DNA of 64,000 nt. Origin: the human T2T-CHM13v2.0 reference genome, Homo sapiens. Shown here in pieces: positions 1 to 14,819 of the stretch. Each line of letters starts with the position of its first letter. The stretch's first letter is position 1. Position numbers and translations under genes: made by a program. Below the pieces are notes generated by a model. The model saw only the letters and a program-made list of their open reading frames with translations, made no database searches and was not told the origin of the DNA. The stretch lies in NCBI RefSeq assembly GCF_009914755.1, contig NC_060940.1. One strand, given 5' to 3'.

Positions 1-2509
1 CTTACAGTAATGGTGGAAGTGGTGGAAACAGAGTAAGTCAAGTACAGCAATGTCAGGGGAACTTCGTGAATTAAATTGGGGGCTGTATCTTTCCTTACAG
101 GTTTTCAAGAGAGAGGGCTGGTCATAATAAGACAGTAAAGGAGGCAGAAGAGAAGGAGGAATGCCTTCTGGGTAAGACACAATGTTCTAGCAGTAAAACT
201 AGCAGCCTTGCTTCTAGGTAGTCAATTTTCCATCATGGACAATGTTCAGAGACTTGCCAGCTGTTGTTGCATCAGGGATGCAAGTATCAACGCGAATTTG
301 ATGACTGCAAGTCTTTCCTTAACTTGAGATTCTGTTGTTCTAATCTTGCTGCCCTGACTTTACCAGAAATTTCACAATGACCTCCTAGGTAAGCCCAAAA
401 AGCCCCATATCCCTTCACCACCAGGTGGGCCGCACCCCCAGCCAAGCCCCAATATGGGAGACTCAAGTCTGACCAACTCTTAGAAGTTGAGAAGTCTAAG
501 AAAATTCACTAAGCCTGGGTCTCATCTTCTATAAGACAAGGATATTTATATCTTCCTTACTAGATTTACATTTAAAATCTAGCACAGTGCCTAGGATAAG
601 ACGAATTGAATCTAAGTCACCTATCTATTGACTGTAAAACCTCTTGGTTGAACAATTTTATATAATACCCATTTACAAAATGCCCCCCTAAACATTAGTC
701 CATTTGCTAGACACTAGAACTATGCTATCAAGTATGGCAGCCGCTGGCCACATGTGGTCATCCAGTAATTCTATTGTACAGCACTAGTCTAGAAGATCAG
801 AAGAGAATAAGACAATGTGCATCTCTAAGGCCAAATATTTGGCTAAGGGTGGGGGGTAATATAAAATAACTGCATGTTTTAGAAGTTCTCTAGTAGAAGC
901 GTGTTTACCATGGGTGCACATGGAACCAAATCTGCGAGACTGGGGCCAGGGCAGTGGCAAGTCTGAGAACCTTATGCAAGTATGATGGGTTGTGTACCTG
1001 TATGATGGTAGTGCAGGAAACCCAGACACCCTTTGATTGTTCACCTACTGTAATGAGATGCGTCTGTCTTGTAGACACATGCTCTGGCTTCCTCAACGGT
1101 CTGCAAAAATCGATCGGAACATCAAGGTTCAGAGACATGAGGAAGTCCAACCCCTGAGGCAAAAGCAATAAACAACAGATCTGAGACTTTAATCCCAAAC
1201 TATCAAGAGTTCTTGTTCTTGGCCTATATGCGGCACTGCTCCAATTTAGCAGTCTCTTAATCCTCTTCCCTAAAACCTGTCACCATCCCTTTCTGTAAAT
1301 TCTTTAACAAGTAATAGCCAGCTACAAGTAATAGCCACAGTAGCCAGAGTAGAAACGGAAGTAGAAAGCCAAAGGCAGCTTTGCACGTATACAGAAACCG
1401 ACCTTTCCTATAAACATTTCAGGTTGCCTGTGCTATATCCAAGTGCAGTCCTATCGCTTCCTTTAAATGCTACCCTGGAACCTTTGAACACAGCCTTTAA
1501 ACATGTTTGGCCTTGAGTATTCATGGAGAAATAACCATCAGGCCGGATAGATTTGTTTATTAGAATTCAAGACTCTGGAAAACAGCTTAGAGCAATTTTA
1601 AAATAGCAACCAGTGGAATAAACACACCAATGGCACAGGGTGGTCAGTGAATGTGTTGCAAACAGCCATTTATTAAAGAAAATGAAACCCTGGTGACAGT
1701 TTTAAAATCATCATCAAAACGCTTTTTGTCTAAAAGCAATATTTTTATAGCGTCTATCCCTGGCTATAAATGTGGTGTTTCTTCTTAAACAGTCCTTTCA
1801 GAACCCCAGGTCCAGCCCAGGAGACAAGCTGGTGACATCATCCTGCTCTACAAAAAAGGAATTGTTCAGCCTCCAATGAAACAGTGAGATCTGCCTTCCC
1901 CAAAGACAAGGTGGGGCAGGGGTCACCCCACCCTGTTATCTTTGATGTGTGTGATTTCTTTTTTTTTTTTTTTTTTGATGTGATTTTTTTTTTCAGGTCT
2001 CTGCCATCCCACGTGCATTTCCTGATAAGATATGAGGGGGAGAGCCTCACCTAAATGGGAAGGCCATGTCTGATGTCCGTCAGCATTTGTGACAGGGAGA
2101 AAAACCTTCACGTGAGAATGTTCTGAGGTCCATCACTATCCACAGACCCTCATCCCACTTCCTCTTCTCCTAGCCAATCCTGTCAGCCATTTAGTTTATT
2201 TCATTTTCTCTGCTTTTTCCCTGAAGAGGGATAAGCTGGAGTTGGAATTCCTACAGGAGGAAGACAAGTTAAAGGACAGCTTCTGTCCCTGTCTGGCCTC
2301 AGGGCCAAGAATCCACAAGACAAGCAGAGCTTCTCCAGTGCCGAGTGTGATGATTTCTTAGTGTGACTCCAAGTGCTGGTACAACAGATGAGTCTCAGTC
2401 TCTTTACTCTTCCATGGGTTGCGTTGCTGTTTTCCTTGGTTGGCCAAATGCCTTGTTGCCTTAGAGAGGCGGTGGGAAGAGAAGGAAGCAAAAGCAAAGC
2501 TGTTCAGCC

Positions 2510-3640
2510 ACACATTCAAAAATAATTATTGAGCAAATACTATGTGCCATGTGTCATATCACATGCATGGTTGAACTAACCTGACATAGCCCCTGCCCTG
2601 CAGGAGTTTACAGACCAGCATCCAGCAAGTAAATCAATTAAGTAGGTAAGTCTTTAAATGAGAAGCAAATTGTGATGAAGCCTATCAAGGAAGCAGGGTA
2701 CTTTGATGGAGAACCACAGGGCAGGACCTTTCTAGATTATGCACATTGAGAAGGCTTCTCTGTGGAGGTAGCATGTGAGTTCAGACCTGAAGGACAAGGT
2801 GGAGTTGGCCTTATACAAAACAGCACACACCGAGATATCAAGTTTGGGAAGGCATGGAGTGGACTGACAGAAAACCCATGAGAGAAAGCACAGTGGGGGT
2901 GTGGGAAGAGACTTAGATAGGATTTAGAAATGGCAAACGGTCTTTGCAACTGGAACAAGTCACCAGGAAGAACCAGGTAAAAGGGCCTCAGCAATCATGA
3001 TAAGCAATGTGGGTTTCATTTTAAATGCAATGGAAAATTCTGGAGGGTTTCAAGTAGGTGACTGACAATTTCATTAGTGATGCGTGGTGCATCCATTTGA
3101 ATTGGAAAGGGGCTGAGTTGGGATGGGTTAGGACAAGAGCTCTTGACTTGGAATGGGATGATGATGGCAGGAGTGAAGAACAAAGGTCACGAATCAACAT
3201 GTATGTGGGGGCACTTGCTGCTGACAAGGTCGTGGGGAAGGGTGTTGAGGGCAAGGACAGGGGCCTCATAAATGCCTCCCATGTTTCTGAATTGGCCCAT
3301 TGAGTGGGTGGAGACATTAACTATGACAAGGGAGACTCTGGAGGAATGAGACTTAAGTTCATAGGTCATTAGTGAGAGAAGCAGCTAGAATTCAATATTT
3401 GACTATCATGGGTTAGAAATGTCTGAGACATTGAATTCTAAGTGTCACATGGACAACTGGAAATATGAGACTGAAGGGAGGAGCTCCAGGTTGGGGAGGC
3501 TGATGCGGGAGCCACAGACAGCACTCTGAAGCCATGAGAAGAATTAAGGTCTTCTAGGGAGAGAGTATAGGGGAATTAGAGCAGCCAGAGGAGAGCTCTG
3601 AGGAGCACCAGGCACCGGAAGTGAGGAAGAGGTGAATTCT
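2510..3640 (-). mobile_element. L2 LINE 3' fragment
   Basis: CATTCAAAAATAATTATTGAGCAAATACTATGTGCCA terminus followed by purine-rich L2 body. Confidence 0.7.
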
Positions 3641-3863
3641 CAAATATTTAATTAGAACAAAAAGCAGGGGTTAAATATCCCAGTGAATAGTTAATAGCTA
3701 ATAGTTTCAGTGAAACTATTCTGTACAACACTATACATTTGTCCAAACCCACAGGACGAATACTACCAAAATGAACCCTAATGTAACCTGTGGACTTCAG
3801 TTAATACTAACATCAGTATTCATTCAGCAGTTGTGACAAATACACAACATTAATTCAAGATAT

Positions 3864-4173
3864 TTTGTGTTTTGAGACAAAGTCTTGATTTGTTGCCCAT
3901 GCTGGAGTGTAGTTGTGCAAACATGGGCCACCACGGTTGAGGCTATGGTAGCCTCAACTTCCTGGGCTCAAGTCATCCTCCTACTTCAGCCTCCTAAGCA
4001 AGCTGGGACCACGAGCACGTGCCACCGCACCCGGCTAATTTTTTCTGTTTTTTGTAGAGATAGGATCTCATCATATTGCCCAGGGTGGTCTCAAAGTCCT
4101 GGGCTCAAGCAGTCCTCCTGCCTCGGCCTCCCAAAGTGCTAAGATTATAGGCACGAGCCACCACACCTGGCCC
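3864..4173 (-). mobile_element. AluJ inserted in an old L1M fragment (~3705-3860)
   Basis: Diverged antisense Alu dimer. Confidence 0.85.
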
Positions 4174-5199
4174 ATAACTTGAAATTTTTTTAAAAGGATT
4201 TAGGAAGATGGCAAAGAAAATTTTTGATCAATTGTAAGATCAGCTGTAAATCATTGATCTTTTCCCCTGTTCAAACCAAAGCACATTTTCACAGCCCAGG
4301 TCTTCTGGAGTTAATCAAAACTGGATTGTAATTTCTACTCAGTTCCTTGAGATCTTAGTGATGTTAGACAAAAACCACTTAACTTTTGAGGCTCAATCAC
4401 CTTTAAAATGGAGATAATATTATTACTTATCCCACAGGCTTGCTGTGAAGACTAAAAAGATGGCATTCCATAAATTGTATGTACCATTGTAATTAATGGT
4501 AAGGATCTTATTATTAAATACTGGACATTGCGCTAAGTGCTTCATAGCCATTATCTCATTTAATCTTTCCAACAGCCCTGTAAAATAAGCATTCCTAGCC
4601 CCCACTGTTAAGATGAGAGAAGCCTTATAGAGGTTTATTGACTTGCCTGAGATCACACAGCTAAGCGGTAGGTTGTGAACTGAGCTCAGCCTGTCTTCAC
4701 AATGTTCTCAAATGCCCATGCATTAACTGCCCATGTTGGTACAAAGAGTCAACACCGGAGGTCAGATCTTTAATTGTACAGTTACTTTGCTGAATCATGT
4801 CAGACTTTCCTACATCAGTGGTCTTACTATGGTCTTACTATATTGGTAGGTTACAAAATGGCTTTAACTTGGAGGAAATGAAGATGAAATAGACTGTGGT
4901 TTTTCTCATTAAGATTCAGAAGGAAGCACTCGTTCCTTGATTCTTTCTGTATTGTCTCAAAGAAAAAACAAAGGCAAAATGAACTTGGTCCTTCAGACCT
5001 TCCAAATCTGCAACCACTGCCCTTCATTTGCACCTGGTCAGCCAAATAAGCATGTGGAATGCAGGAAGGCCTTTCCCTGGGTCTAAATTCCTCCCTCTCG
5101 GCTATTCCTGTAATGCAAGTCCATTGCTTTTGATGCAAAAGCCTATCAGGTCCCGAAAACTTGCCCTTAAAGCCTATGGTTAAAGGTAGGAATAATTGA

Positions 5200-5532
<333 letters not shown>

Positions 5533-6495
5533 TAGGTTTCTGTGCTATTACATCATGCACTTGAAAGTGTTGTTTAATGTGTTCAAGGAAAAATGATTGG
5601 TGAGGACCTGAAAAAATAGCTATTGATCTATTACATTAATTCTTATTCTAATGGAAATAATTCACTTTTTAAAATTTTCTTTTCACTGTAAGGTACATTT
5701 TCCCAAGAAAGTAATTTGCCCGGGCTGGAGGGCAGTGATCTCGAACTCCTGGGGCTCAGGTGATTCTCACACCTCAACCTCCCAGGTAGCTGGCATTACA
5801 AATGTGTGCCACCATGCCTGATGAATTTTTTTATTTTTTTGTAGAGATGGTGTTTCGCCATGTTGCCCGTGCTCTTCTCGAACTCCTGACCTCAAGGGAT
5901 CCACCCACTTCGGCCTCCCACTGGGACTACAGGTGTGAGCCACCACATGCAGCCCCAAGGAAGTAATTCTTGATGAGTCTACAAAATCCTAATGGAGGAA
6001 AGCCCTATATTTTATCATCAAGTATCTATTTCCGCAATCTCCATAAATCCCACTGAGAAAACTACTTCCAAGCTACACTTGAGCTGCGCAGACACATGAG
6101 TATGAGTAGACACACTGGCTTGAATGGTGCTGTGGCACCACACACACACACACACGCAGTAACTTTCCTTTTTCTCCAATTTTTTTTTTGCCCTGAAAAC
6201 TAAATTGAATCCATTTTCCAGAACATTTAGTGAATTTCAGAGTTCCAAATCAAAGAATTTTTCACAAAGACCCCAATCTTCTCAGAGTTTAAATTTAAAA
6301 AAAGAAAGCAGGCTAAACCTGTAGTTAAGTTTGACACACTCCAAAAAGGCAAATCACTAGGAAATGCAGCAGAAATTAAATAAATAGAAAGCCTAACATG
6401 AGGCACAAGAACAAGAGGCCACCTTATGCTGTGGCCAGCAGAGGCATTCAAACATTCCGTCAGCAGGATTCCAGCCAACCTCCGAAGCTCACTTT

Positions 6496-6500
6496 TATAA
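6496..6500 (+). promoter_or_regulatory. Probable TATA box of CLEC3A
   Basis: TTTTATAAG about 80 nt upstream of the first ATG (6576); implies a TSS near 6525. Confidence 0.6.
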
Positions 6501-6602
6501 GCCAGCCCCAGGCATCCCAGAGCAAGATGTAGCTGTGTAGTCTCCTTCCATAGCTGCTCTAAGGGGGCTGGCAACATGGCTCAGCAGGCTTGCCCCAGAG
6601 CC

Positions 6603-6717
6603 ATGGCAAAGAATGGACTTGTAATTTGCATCCTGGTGATCACCTTACTCCTGGACCAGACCACCAGCCACACATCCAGATTAAAAGCCAGGAAGCACAG
6701 CAAACGTCGAGTGAGAG
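6603..6717 (+). CDS. CLEC3A: CLEC3A coding exon 1: signal peptide plus basic N-terminal segment (in-frame upstream ATG at 6576 would add 9 aa)
   Basis: Translates MAKNGLVICILVITLLLDQTTSHTSRLKARKHSKRRVR, the CLEC3A N-terminus; Kozak GCCATGG; donor AG|GTAATG at 6718 (phase 1, 115 nt). Confidence 0.97.
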
Positions 6718-7733
6718 GTAATGGGGCTTCTCAATCAAGCAAAATTCTAGGCTTAGACAGTGTGGGGAGGTGCTGGACAATGTTAATTTTCAAACTCCTC
6801 CAGGAGACTATCTTCGGTGATGGCACCATGCCATCATCCCTATATGGCATTTCAGGGGATTAAGTGAACTTGTAATGCTCTGGGATAGTTTATTTTAAAG
6901 AAACCAGGCTGCTGGGTTTTAAAAAAAAACAACAGGGAAAAAATTTGATAGTAAAAGAATTCTGTGTTGTATATTTTTTGTTAGGTGGGCTTAAATAGAA
7001 TGTGCTTCAGAGGAAGCTCAAGTGGATTTCTGAAAATCTGGTGTTATTAATATGGGGCAAGAAGAATGTATTAACTGAGCACACTGTTTCACTAGTAGAT
7101 ATTGAGTAACTCAATTCAGTTATATTTTAAGATAACTATAATCTTATTCAATGTGTAGCAGAGGATAGAGATTTTGGTAATTGTGACTTCCTGTTTTGTC
7201 ATTAGTTATCATTAGCTGTATTTCCATATCCTTGGCAGCATAAGGACAACCTATACCATATATTTAAACTTTTTCATGTCAGAGACATTGAATCTCTCCA
7301 ACTTAAAAAAGTCAATATGCAAAGTCATCTAGTATTTGAAGGCATTGTGATGCAAAACTGAATCTCCCAGGAACCTCAAATTTTGAGTGACTTGAATTGG
7401 GTTAACAGGTTAAAGAAATTGAAAAGAACAATGATGATAGCGAGGTGTTTGCAATACGTTGAAACCTAAGCAAAAGAAAAAAACAAGACAGAGGGTCATG
7501 TTTTATCACATCCTCTGCATCATTTTCATTTCAGGATATTTCAGATTATGACTATTTCCTTATTTTCACTCCATTAGTAACAACACACACATACACAAAT
7601 TTCAGCAAGGTTACAGTCTATTTCACATGACAGATGGCTGGTGGGTAAAAAGGGGTCTTGTGCTTTAAGGATTATAAAGTACCATTTTTTCAGGGACATT
7701 TATTTACAAAATTTAGGTCTGGTGCAAGGTTTC

Positions 7734-8031
7734 TTTTTTTTTTTTTTTTCTGAGACAGAGTCTCGCTCTGTCGCCCAGGCTGGAGGGCAGTGACACAATC
7801 TTGGCTCACTACAAGCTCCACCTCCTGGGTTCACGCCATTCTCCTGCCTCAGCCTCCCAAGTAGCTAGGACTACAGGCGCCTGCCACCACGCTCGACTAA
7901 TTTTTTGTATTTTTAGTAGAGACGAGGTTTCGCCGTGTTAGCCAGGATGGTCTCGATCTCCTGACCTCGTGATTCGTCAGCCTCGGCCTCCCAAAGTGCT
8001 GGAATTACAGGCGTGAGCCACCGCGCCCGGC
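7734..8031 (-). mobile_element. AluY/AluSc in CLEC3A intron 1
   Basis: GTTAGCCAGGATGGTCTCGATCTCC diagnostic; TSD GTGCAAGGTTTCTT. Confidence 0.92.
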
Positions 8032-8770
8032 TAGTGCAAGGTTTCTTAAGTGGAATCTTTTTTCCTTAAGAAATACTGTACTTCTTTCGGTGAAAGATTA
8101 AAATATTTCTCATGAGTAGATGAAACATATTGCTGAAGATGGTATCGAAAGGAGAGGGGAGAGAGAAGATACTGGGTGACATGGTACATTTCTGTAGCCA
8201 GCGTTTCTTCACTGCTGGATGGAGTGGCACTCCTCGTGAGAGTGGCGATCACCCAGTAGGAATGTGTGAAGAGGGTCTGAACATGACTGAGTGTGCATGT
8301 GGGTGCTGTGTGGGTGTTTCTGAAGTAATCGCAGCTTAGGTCACATCCAGGTTTTCCAGGGGCCTCCCTCCCCTTCCTCCTCCCACTCTCTTCTCTCTCC
8401 CTACCTTCTTTCCCACTTCTTTACCCCCTTCTTCCCCACTGCCTCTGTCATAACCACATGTGCATGCACATGCTTTTATTTAAAAACAAAACAAAACAAA
8501 ACTGACTAGGTACACACCTCTTAAATGTCATTCCCCCAGTATAGTTTTTGCTACTTTTTGCCATTAGGTCCTAGAAAGTAGATTCTACAGTAGGTGAAGC
8601 AATAAACCTAAACCGATCAAGCAATTATATCCCCACCCATCCATATACTTTTAAAATAGTTTAAGTACCTTGAAATATAATAATACCAGTGTTAAAGAGA
8701 TCAAAAGTGAAAGCCATCTTCTCTCTCCCAATCCTCACCACAAAATTATCCACTATTAACTATCAGGTAA

Positions 8771-9084
<314 letters not shown>

Positions 9085-11535
9085 TATTCCCAGAGTTTTT
9101 AAAATGCACAATTAAAATACATATTTTTAACAAAATAAGAATTGGCTATGCAGAATGTTTGGCTAGGCAAATAAATTTATTTCATCTATTAAACCTTGGA
9201 TAGTTACCAGTGTAAGCAATACTTTATTCATTTTAACAGCTGCATAATATTCCATTGTTTGGATGGGTCATCACTTAATCTGATCTCTCCCAATACATCT
9301 CTTTTTGATTCAATAGCCCCAAGTAACTGCTTTGCACACATACTGCTCCCCATGTTAGGATGTTATGAGACATTTCCAGAAGTAAAATTGCAGGTTAATT
9401 ATACTTTCTAATTGTCCCTCCAAATGATAACACCAATCCATCTTCCCATCTTCTGTGTATGGGAGTGCCCATTCCTATGTATTTTGACAGTCCAACATCA
9501 TATAATGGTTTTACTGGCCATGTCTTCTGGGAATGACTTTTGTGTTTCTACACTGTGTCTACCTCTGGAGAGCAACAGTAAAATGAAAGGGAGCCTTCTG
9601 GGGGACTCAAAATAGCAACCGAAGAATTTAGCTTCAAACACAAGATCTCTCTGGTACTTGCTTCATAGGTCTCAATTTATGTGTTGCATTCATGAATAAA
9701 ATATGACTTTTCCAGCTCAGTAGTTGTTCCACATATTCCCTTTGTTTGTTGTACATAAAAGACATCTATATCAGCTACAAAGGATGGAAGCTACAGCCAA
9801 GTCCCTGGACAATGAATTTCATAACCATCTCCCAGGAGCCTAATATCAATTCATGTGTCTTCATGTTAATTACAATGTTTACAATCTCCCAGTAGAGGCC
9901 ACTTATTTAAGGAGAATGGAGCAGGAAGCTGAGAGGGATGGGGGATGACATTTTTAGAGGTGACAGCTTATACCTTGGAAGAAAGTGTTCAGCAGTCTTT
10001 GCAAGCCCGGCCCCCACCAGCTGATGAATTTGCATTCTGAATGCACCCTTACATTTTTTCTGGATTAAATGGTCACACAGGTAAAAATCTTTAGGTTATA
10101 GTATTTCTGAGCTGAGCCATGGGATGCTTTGAGAACTGATGTGTAGCATTAAGTAAAACAGAGGCAGGGGCCACCCCTGGATATTCCAGAAGACAGCTTC
10201 CTAACCCAAATGAGGAAACATCTGGCTTATGAAGCACATGTTTAAGGGGACAGTGAATTAGCACATGTGAATTTTAGACTGTCCTGAAAAATCCAGTACA
10301 GAACATAGACTTCCTCCATGGAATCCCCACAAAGAAGCAGCTGGGGACAGTTCATACCAAGCTTTAAGTATCTTCTCTGTCTGGGGCCATGTGCTCGGGA
10401 CCAAGAAGGTAGAGGCAATCACTGTGCAGAAGCAGGTAAGAGGGATGAAATGAGAACAGGCCTGGAGCTGGGCAAATTTAAATCCCAATTCTTCACTTTA
10501 CTAGCTGGGTGACCTTCAGCAGGTGAATTCAGCTTTCCGGGACTCTTTCTTCTGCAGAATGGAGACAATGATTGTGTCTCTCTCAAAGCACTACTGAAAG
10601 AATTGATCTCTGACAAACAGTATGTGGAAGCTTTTAATAATTTTTGTTATGATTTATAATTCCTGCTTTTGAAGACCTCACAAGCTGCCAATCTCTAAGA
10701 GAATCCTTATTACACCTGAAATTTCAATTTATCCAAGGCTTCTTGTTTTCTGCCACTTACTTATAGCCAAGATTGGTCAAGGACAGCTATAAAGATCCTT
10801 TAGCCTCATCCAGGAACATACAAGACTTAAGTTGCTAATACCTAATATAGACGTATTTCTATATGAACCTTTAGCACTTAACCCTGCTAGTAGCCACCAT
10901 ACCTGAGGCATGTGTTGAGTCGGAACACTGGGGACAGGGGACCTGGGGACCCAAATCAGTCAGAGTATGAATTCTGCCATGTATCTTTTGAGACACTCTC
11001 ATTGGACTTGTCCTCATTCTTCAGTGGGAATCCAATTTTTCTCCCTTCATAGCTATGTTTGAAGAGCAAGTGAAAACAATTTTGTATACCATAAAGTGTG
11101 TATTCACTAGACAATATTATGAACACCTATTATGTACCAAGTATCATGTTAAGCATCAGAAGAACCAAGAATAATAAGACAGATGAAATAAAGTAAAATA
11201 GAGAAAAGAAAATATACAGAATACTCTATAAAATATGGAATAAAATAAAATGTGAACTGAGACTAGAGAATGAAGAAAAATAAGTTTCAAAGACAGATTA
11301 GCAGAAGGGATACTAAATTATAGTATAACCAGGAAAGCCTTCTCAGAAGAGGAGATATTTAAGCTTGCTAAGAATACAGGAAAGCGCTGGAGCAAGAGTG
11401 ATCCTAGCAGAAGGAACACACAGGGAAGATGAGATTGAGCTCATTCTCAGATGACCCTGAAAGTCAACAAGCCTAGAGTCACAGGATGTGACTGGAGAGA
11501 CAGAAGGAGCCTCATCTCACAGAAGGACCTTCTAG

Positions 11536-12018
<483 letters not shown>

Positions 12019-12082
12019 TGATTTTATTTTAATCATACGCTTTTCATCCACCTACCCCATCCCACCCTAAAATTTTCCCCAG

Positions 12083-12166
12083 ACAAGGATGGAGATCTGA
12101 AGACTCAAATTGAAAAGCTCTGGACAGAAGTCAATGCCTTGAAGGAAATTCAAGCCCTGCAGACAG
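12083..12166 (+). CDS. CLEC3A: CLEC3A coding exon 2: alpha-helical neck/oligomerisation segment
   Basis: Acceptor ttttccccAG at 12081-12082; (D)KDGDLKTQIEKLWTEVNALKEIQALQT; donor AG|GTAAGG at 12167; 84 nt, phase 1-1. Confidence 0.97.
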
Positions 12167-13335
12167 GTAAGGTGCAGACCTTCTCAGTGCCTTGTCCCAA
12201 AGGAGACAGGAAAATTTCTGGGTCAATTTCTGGGGGACGTCTTTTTAAAAGAAACATTGACAAATCAACAATGTGGCCAATAAGAGGGCCCCAATGCTGG
12301 GAGATGATTGTTTTAGGAAATCAGCTTCATTTACAATCCCATTCTCCTATATATGGGTGGTATAGAAATAAAAATAAGTAGTTCAGGAATAAATTTGAAA
12401 AGTCAGTCCATACTTATTCTCTAAAGAGTAGTGAAACAGAATGAAGCCAGTATGAAATGACTAAAATGATTAGCATTTATTGGATGATAGCTAAGTGCCT
12501 ATCAGGCCACCAGGACTCTCTCGGGCCACACCCAGCCTAAGATGCTGGAAGGACATGGGTTAGAACCGCAGCTTGCCAACAGGGCAGCGCCAGCGTTCCT
12601 CCCCACAGTTATGCAGCCACATGCGCTACTGCCCAGGAGCTATTCTCCAAGGGGTGAGGAAGTGAGCCATGTGGGCAGGTTTGGGAACAGCCCTGGTTTA
12701 CAAGGCTCATCCCCCAAGGAGCTAATATCCTTTGTAGCAATTTCAAAAGCAAGGTGTTGAGGTTCCTCACAAGAGACCTGCCTCATTACAAGTTACTGCC
12801 TTCAGGGAAGACTGAAGTTACGGCTTTCCATCAAGTATTTATAACTCCCAGACCAGATGCATGTTACCAACCTGGGGTCATTTTTACCACAAGCAATGTT
12901 GCCTAGTAACAAGGGTGACATACTCCCTTTATCAGGCTTCCGGGGGAACAGAATTAGAAAGTTAAAAGACAGTCAAATGCTTATGCAGAAGGTGAGTTTG
13001 GTTCATCCTTTACCCACAGTCAGGTACTAGAAATTCTTTATAAACACAAATCCATTAATCCTCCAGCAACTTAAGCTATTATGATCCTAATTTTACAGAT
13101 GAGGAAAATGAGGCACAAAGAAGGTAAGTAATTTGTTCAAGAGATACACAGCTAGTTAAATGTCAGAGATGAGACCTAAACCCAGGCACTATGGGCTCTG
13201 AGGCCTGACTCTCCAGTGCTATGGCCTAAAACTATCTTTATGCTCAGTTTATCCTGAATAATCTAAACAATATTACCAAGGCTCAGTTATCTGCTTAAGA
13301 AAATCCCTGTCTCTCCACATGCAAAACTAGAATTT

Positions 13336-13641
<306 letters not shown>

Positions 13642-13847
13642 CATTTTTTTTTTAAATAAATATTTTTAAAAATAAATATTAAATACCATCTAGTTCCAAA
13701 ACTCCCAAAGAAATCCAACACAGAGTAGCAAGCATGTATATATCAGAACAGCATGAAGTTTAAGGCCATGTCTTGGGATAGGGCAGACCTGCATTTGGGT
13801 AGCTGTGATCTCACATGCTGCAAAAATTACTTCATTTAAAAAAATGT

Positions 13848-14151
<304 letters not shown>

Positions 14152-14424
14152 CTAAGGTGTTACAAGTAACAACTTCTCTAAGCCTAAATATCCTGATATG
14201 TAAAAATAGGGGTAATAAAATACAACTTCATGGGGTTGTCAGGATTATGTAACTTAATTTATGTAAAATGCTTAGCATGTTGTCCGGCACATAGAAAATT
14301 GTAACTGTTGTCTCATCATTATCATACTTCATTCCACAAATACTTATTGCTATTTGCCAGGTCCAGCCCTAGTCATAATACACTCAAAATGCATCTTAAT
14401 ATGTTACACTTCACATCTTCACAG

Positions 14425-14819
14425 TCTGTCTGCGAGGCACTAAAGTTCACAAGAAATGCTACCTTGCTTCAGAAGGTTTGAAGCATTTCCATGAGGCCAA
14501 TGAAGACTGCATTTCCAAAGGAGGAATCCTGGTTATCCCCAGGAACTCCGACGAAATCAACGCCCTCCAAGACTATGGTAAAAGGAGCCTGCCAGGTGTC
14601 AATGACTTTTGGCTGGGCATCAATGACATGGTCACGGAAGGCAAGTTTGTTGACGTCAACGGAATCGCTATCTCCTTCCTCAACTGGGACCGTGCACAGC
14701 CTAACGGTGGCAAGCGAGAAAACTGTGTCCTGTTCTCCCAATCAGCTCAGGGCAAGTGGAGTGATGAGGCCTGTCGCAGCAGCAAGAGATACATATGCGA
14801 GTTCACCATCCCTCAATAG
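14425..14819 (+). CDS. CLEC3A: CLEC3A coding exon 3: C-type lectin-like domain (tetranectin family)
   Basis: Acceptor catcttcacAG; (V)CLRGTKVHKKCYL...WLGIND...QPNGGKRENCV...WSDEACRSSKRYICEFTIPQ*; 115+84+395=594 nt = 197 aa + stop. Confidence 0.98.

Noticed and set aside
4821-4841. Tandem GTCTTACTAT(G) duplication and other short microsatellites ((CA)n at 6139, (GA)n at 23040)
   Set aside because: Ordinary slippage products
6718-6863. Extension of the 6576..6863 ORF beyond RRVR
   Set aside because: Intron 1 read-through past a canonical donor at 6718
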